DNA from: Bacteriovoracia bacterium
GTDB taxonomy: Bacteria > Bdellovibrionota > Bacteriovoracia > Bacteriovoracales > Bacteriovoracaceae
Length of the DNA stretch: 57,954 bases
Reading direction: 5' to 3'
NCBI GenBank assembly: GCA_030426585.1
Contig: JAUHYH010000001.1
Span: 1 to 57,954, forward strand
This document shows positions 53,992-57,954 of the stretch, in pieces. The position numbers were made by a program, and so were the translations under genes. The stretch's first letter is position 1. The number at the start of each line of letters is the position of its first letter. The notes beneath the pieces are model-generated. The model did no database searches, was not told the DNA's origin, and saw only the letters and a list, made by a program, of their open reading frames with translations.

Positions 53992-54132
53992 ACCTTAATC
54001 TAATTATACCCTAAATCTGCTATAGAAAAGCAAAAAAAACATATTTTCTCTCTTGCCTAATAAAGGCTTAACAAGCGGAAATTCCTACCAACTTATAACC
54101 CCTCTATAAGCTGTATTACAATATAAGGAGAG

Positions 54133-54339
54133 ATGAGAGACGCAGGACAAGCAGTTTTGGAATACCTTTTGCTAATGGCAATCGCTACCCTACTTTTAGG
54201 GCAGTTTGTTTCTAGTGCCTCAAGTGAAACTCAAGACAAGTTTGGAAACTTGGCACATATTTTGGCATTTAATTTATCCTCGGGAACATGCGACCAAGAT
54301 TGCTTTTTTGGTGGCTACAAAAATAGGCATAATGAATAA
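54133..54339 (+). CDS. flp: Flp-family type IVb prepilin
   Basis: Strong SD (AAGGAGAG). MRDAG/QAVLEYLLLMAIATLLL matches the Flp G/xxxxEY processing motif plus a hydrophobic helix. 68 aa. Confidence 0.6.
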   Translation: MRDAGQAVLEYLLLMAIATLLLGQFVSSASSETQDKFGNLAHILAFNLSSGTCDQDCFFGGYKNRHNE

Positions 54340-54631
54340 TAAAGAATCTGGGCAAACAATGGTTGAATACCTCTTACTTTCCCTTGTGATTGTAACGATT
54401 ATTTATGGGGTCATAAAATCTGATGTTTTTAGAAATGTTGTCGATATTGATGGCGGAGTCATGGAAGGTTTGTATCGTAGAATGCGTTACTCTTATAGAC
54501 ATGCTTTGCCTGGAAATAAAAAAATGAACCCTCGTACGGATTATAATTCGACGAAACATGATTCGTATCTTAATCCACAAACTAATTTTTCAAGATTTTT
54601 TGCTCCAAATGCTGGCTATCCGAGGCAATGA
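54332..54631 (+). CDS. Flp/TadE-like prepilin (second pilin-like gene)
   Basis: MNNKESG/QTMVEYLLLSLVIVTIIYGVI has the same G/xxxxEY motif. The start at 54332 overlaps the flp stop by 8 nt; the ORF-track start at 54206 is rejected. Confidence 0.5.
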   Translation: MNNKESGQTMVEYLLLSLVIVTIIYGVIKSDVFRNVVDIDGGVMEGLYRRMRYSYRHALPGNKKMNPRTDYNSTKHDSYLNPQTNFSRFFAPNAGYPRQ

Positions 54632-55179
54632 TGAAAAAGCTTCATCGTAACCAATCTGGGCAAGTGACAATAGAGTTCATTTTTGCCTTTAGTTTGTCAG
54701 TAATGTTTCTCGTGTTCTTTCTCTACTTTGCTTTTAATTTTACAGTTGGCTATATCGTTCATTATGCAACCTATTCAGCATCTAGGGCGTATTTAAGTCA
54801 CGATATAGTTTCGAGAACTCCAGGTGTGAGTTTAAGAGAAGCGAAAGCCCATGCTCAAAAAGAATTCGACAGTTATTCATTGAAGTCATTTGGAATCAAA
54901 TCTAAAAATGGTTACTTGCTTCAATTTAATGATCCGGATAGCGATACAATTTATGAATATGTTGGAGCTCTTTTTAGTTTTAAACCACCATTTTCTAGGC
55001 AAGATGCTAATGAACAAGATTTAGAATATTTATCTGAGTCTTTCTTGGGGCGAGAACCCTCTCGAGCGGAATGTGGTTGTCAAATTCTAGAACATATTGA
55101 TGGTTTTAGTTGCCAGGGTGGCGACTTTGATATGAAAAACCAAGCGGGGGAATTAACGGTTTATGATAATGGCTGTTAA
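54628..55179 (+). CDS. TadE-like pseudopilin
   Basis: MMKKLHRNQSG/QVTIEFIFAFSLSVMFLVFF matches the TadE N-terminal pattern G-x-x-x-h-E-F + TM. 183 aa. 4-nt overlap with the previous gene. Confidence 0.6.
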   Translation: MMKKLHRNQSGQVTIEFIFAFSLSVMFLVFFLYFAFNFTVGYIVHYATYSASRAYLSHDIVSRTPGVSLREAKAHAQKEFDSYSLKSFGIKSKNGYLLQFNDPDSDTIYEYVGALFSFKPPFSRQDANEQDLEYLSESFLGREPSRAECGCQILEHIDGFSCQGGDFDMKNQAGELTVYDNGC

Positions 55180-55672
55180 AAAAATTTTAAAACAAGAAGA
55201 AGGAGTTGCCTTCTTTGAGTTTATTTTCTTTTTGCCATTAATGGTTCTTCTCATGGGACTGTTGGTTAGTATTGGTAATTCAATCAATGGGTCAATTAAC
55301 CAACAAAAAATTGCACGGTCTTATTTTTATTCCCGCATTTCTAATAACTCACTCTTTCCATTAAAAAATAATGACCCAAATTCAAATCAAAAATTTTGGA
55401 AATCTTTTGGAATGTTCTTTATCGGTTGGAGAGAGAAATCTGAGGGGGAGTTCCCGGTTCAACCTTGCTATAAATTTCGACTTCCTTTTGCAGGGGAAGA
55501 GCAGTCTTGTCAGGAATATCGAAAAAACTCTACTGAATATGTCAGGGTTGGGACGGTTTACGGGGCCTGTGGGGCCACCTATGTGGTTGTGGGCCAGCAA
55601 CCCATACGCGCACCACGACCAACGGCGACTGATTTAGTCAGCTCCTATCACGGTTGTACAATTAGGGAGTAA
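55163..55672 (+). CDS. TadE/TadG-like pseudopilin
   Basis: ..KQEEG/VAFFEFIFFLPLMVLLMGLLV. 169 aa. Overlaps the previous gene by 17 nt. Confidence 0.55.
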   Translation: MIMAVKKILKQEEGVAFFEFIFFLPLMVLLMGLLVSIGNSINGSINQQKIARSYFYSRISNNSLFPLKNNDPNSNQKFWKSFGMFFIGWREKSEGEFPVQPCYKFRLPFAGEEQSCQEYRKNSTEYVRVGTVYGACGATYVVVGQQPIRAPRPTATDLVSSYHGCTIRE

Positions 55673-55731
55673 TTCTTTCCTCCGGGCCCGATTAACAGGG
55701 ACATTTCGTACAATTAAGATGGGAGAAATAT

Positions 55732-56559
55732 ATGAATTCACGAGCTTTTACACTGTCTGTCCTCATTGCGGGAATCGCCATGTTTATGGCTTGGTCTTAT
55801 ATTGACTCGGAGGAATCTGCCCTCATAAAAAAATATGGGAACTCTCAACCTGTCGTTGTTGCAAAACAAGACATACGAGAACTTGAACTTATTGATGATA
55901 CAAAAGTTCAGGTTATTACAGTTCCTCAAAAATTTATTCAACCCGGTCATATTAAAAGGATTGAAGAAATTTACAATACGATTGCTGCCACTCCGATTAA
56001 AAAGGGAGAGCAGATTACAAAACCAAGAGTAACCCAACCGGGATCACGAACAGGTCTCGCGAACCAGGTGAGCGTCGGTAAAAGAGCTTATGCAATCAAT
56101 GTAAGTGATTCTCAAGCTGTTGGAAAACTTATTAAACCAGGTGATAGGATCGATATTCTTTCGGTTATTAACTATGCTCCAGGGCAACTCGAAAAATTAA
56201 AAGTAAAAACTGTTCTTCAAGATGTCTTGGTTCTTTCAACAGGACTTAAGGTTACCAATGAACTGCCACTTGCTTATGTTGAAAGGAACGAAGAACTGAG
56301 AAGGCTTAATTTAAACCGTCACACTGATTACAACACAGTGACAGTTGAGCTTAGTCCAGCTGAAGTTCAAAGGATGATCTATATTGTAAATGCAGGTTCT
56401 CGGATTCATCTCAGCTTAAGAAATAATGATGATAAAACCATCGAAAGACTTCCCTCTACACATTTATTTGATGTGTTGGGTGAAGATCAGATGGAGGCTA
56501 GAAAATACTACAAACAAAAAGAGCTAGAAACTCAAAGAAGACGAGGAAACTCGCGATAA
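55732..56559 (+). CDS. cpaB: Flp pilus assembly protein CpaB/RcpC
   Basis: N-terminal TM, a SAF-like segment (VVVAKQDIRELELID...ATPIKKGEQIT) and the RcpC motif GKRAYAINVSD..GKLIKPGDRIDIL. Confidence 0.75.
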   Translation: MNSRAFTLSVLIAGIAMFMAWSYIDSEESALIKKYGNSQPVVVAKQDIRELELIDDTKVQVITVPQKFIQPGHIKRIEEIYNTIAATPIKKGEQITKPRVTQPGSRTGLANQVSVGKRAYAINVSDSQAVGKLIKPGDRIDILSVINYAPGQLEKLKVKTVLQDVLVLSTGLKVTNELPLAYVERNEELRRLNLNRHTDYNTVTVELSPAEVQRMIYIVNAGSRIHLSLRNNDDKTIERLPSTHLFDVLGEDQMEARKYYKQKELETQRRRGNSR

Positions 56560-57954
56560 TGAAATATAATATAGCTTTTATCTTATTTCTATTTTCTCTA
56601 TCTTCATTCTCCCAAGTGAAGAAAGTAGAAACAAAAGAAGTTAATGTTGCAATCGGTATCGATAAGATTCTCGAAGTTGATTTTGATTTTAGTCCAGAGT
56701 ACAACATCGGTGATGCTTCATTGATGCAAGTGAAGCCAGATCTTAAAAGAAGAAAACTGGTTCTGATTGGAAAAAAATCAGGAAACACTTCTTTGACCCT
56801 AAAAGATCAAACAGGTGAAGAGAGAGTTCGATACATCATTAGCGTAACAGCGAATGACCAATCTAAAATTGTTCAAGAACTAAGAGAGTTACTTGATGAT
56901 GTTGAAGGTATCAAAATTGGCATCAAGGGTGGGAAGGTCTTTGTTGGAGGGCATATTGTTGTTCCAAGTGATATTGGAAAAGTCGGGGCTGTTCTCGCAA
57001 ATTATCCAGAAGTTTTACGATTAGTGGAAATGCATCCTCAAACTCAACAAATCATCGCAAAAAAGATGACTGAAGAGTTGGCTCGATTTAATTTTAAAAA
57101 TGTTTCTGTAAGGGTTGTTAATAATGCTTTCTGGGTCGAGGGAGTTGTTGGGAATGAAGCAGAAAAAAAAGTCGTTGAAAACATAGCAATTGCTTATCTC
57201 CCAGATAAAATAGAAAAACTTGCAGCTCAATCAGAACGTATTGTTGGGGCCCAAAGACAATCAGACATTCTCTTCTTTCTATCAGTAAATCAAGAGAAAG
57301 CAGCTGAACCCGATCCTCTTAAAAAACTTGTAAAAATTTCGACTCAATTTGTTGAACTTTCAAAAGACTATAGCAAAATTTTTGGTTTTAGCTGGGCTCC
57401 GATTATGAGTCAAGGTGGAGGTCAAATCAATATTGGAAGAACCCAAGATGGAAATGTGACTTCTAATACCAGTAATACATTCAGCGCCGTTATTTCGAAT
57501 CTTTTTCCAAGGATTCAATCCTTAAAAAATGCAGGTTATGGAAGAGTTCTTCAATCGGGAGTTGTTGTCGCTCAGGAAGAAACAACTGCAACAATCAATA
57601 AGGTAACAAATATTCCTTTTACTGCAGGTTCTGGAGAAAATGGAATTGCGACTGGGGCACAATTAAAGTTTGATCTTGCGGTCGTTCCAAAAATAAAACA
57701 AGACGACATTGTAGAATTGAATCCTTTAAATGTTGTGGTCAGTTTGCCAAATGGAACTAATGCTGAAGGGCAGCCAGTAACAACTTCGAACAATGTAAAA
57801 ACAATTCTAACAGTAAAGTCAGGTCAATCGGCCGTCGTTGGGGGAATCGTTCAAAGTCAGGACCTAACAGGGTTTGACAAGGATGCACCAGCTGTAACCC
57901 CAGGAAGTCCGAGTGACTTTATACTTTTTAATGCCAGAAGATCAAAGTCACATA
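56559..57954 (+). CDS. cpaC: Tad pilus secretin CpaC/RcpA (3' end outside the window; absent from the ORF track because no stop is reached)
   Basis: ATG overlaps the cpaB stop (TAATG), and the frame stays open to the window end. It has a signal peptide, an N-terminal pilus-formation domain (LVLIGKKSGNTSLTL), a BON-like segment, and secretin motifs (VKISTQFVELSKDYSKIFGFSW, GYGRVLQSGVVVAQEETTATI, KSGQSAVVGGIVQS). Confidence 0.8.
   Translation, partial: MKYNIAFILFLFSLSSFSQVKKVETKEVNVAIGIDKILEVDFDFSPEYNIGDASLMQVKPDLKRRKLVLIGKKSGNTSLTLKDQTGEERVRYIISVTANDQSKIVQELRELLDDVEGIKIGIKGGKVFVGGHIVVPSDIGKVGAVLANYPEVLRLVEMHPQTQQIIAKKMTEELARFNFKNVSVRVVNNAFWVEGVVGNEAEKKVVENIAIAYLPDKIEKLAAQSERIVGAQRQSDILFFLSVNQEKAAEPDPLKKLVKISTQFVELSKDYSKIFGFSWAPIMSQGGGQINIGRTQDGNVTSNTSNTFSAVISNLFPRIQSLKNAGYGRVLQSGVVVAQEETTATINKVTNIPFTAGSGENGIATGAQLKFDLAVVPKIKQDDIVELNPLNVVVSLPNGTNAEGQPVTTSNNVKTILTVKSGQSAVVGGIVQSQDLTGFDKDAPAVTPGSPSDFILFNARRSKSH

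Noticed and set aside
54206-54331. Long version of ORF 54206..54631 (141 aa)
   Set aside because: The first 42 codons overlap the flp gene in another frame and have no pilin features. The Met at 54332 gives a canonical short leader + G/QTMVEY prepilin motif.
1-57954. CRISPR arrays, rRNA/tRNA genes, transposases, integrases, prophage or toxin-antitoxin modules
   Set aside because: Scanning the intergenic regions and the ORF list found no regularly spaced direct repeats, tRNA-like cloverleaf candidates or recombinase/transposase-like proteins. The only repeats seen are terminator hairpins, the flagellin-leader motif and the intragenic coiled-coil duplication.

Overview
AT-rich bacterial chromosomal segment (mid-30s % GC by eye), densely coding on both strands, with about 55 protein genes. 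I found no rRNA or tRNA genes, CRISPR array, transposase or integrase. The gene content includes two short ~280-aa flagellins, a type IVa pilus secretin cut by the left edge, a Tad/Flp pilus locus running off the right edge, many lipoproteins and a large NHL-propeller lipoprotein. That content, with the low GC, suggests a Bdellovibrio-like / Bacteriovoracaceae-type organism (inference only). Nt 1-38.7k is mostly housekeeping: pilQ(3' part)-TPR-aroQ-efp-accB-accC, tamB-like/bamA, rplM-rpsI, a decayed uvrA paralogue, lon, rpoZ, recX-alaS-SBP, recA, pgpA, greA-recG and an ABC1 kinase. Nt 38.8-57.9k is an envelope/motility region. It holds an NHL/FN3 lipoprotein, a small OM beta-barrel and a 760-aa coiled-coil protein. 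It also holds a translationally coupled TPR-lipoprotein/MotA/MotB/unknown-477-aa operon, two flagellins with unusual leaders, and an RmlD-like protein lacking its catalytic YxxxK. It ends with a GC-rich ~185-nt structured element and a flp-flp-tadE-tadE-cpaB-cpaC locus. The most interesting candidates are: (1) the MotAB-linked 477-aa membrane protein with FliF-ring-motif-like and FliG-C-like segments; (2) the GC-rich rod-like element upstream of the Tad locus; (3) a divergent RelA/SpoT-fold protein; (4) the internally deleted uvrA paralogue; (5) the uORF-containing flagellin leader. All functional calls rest on motif recognition by eye, and no database search was possible.
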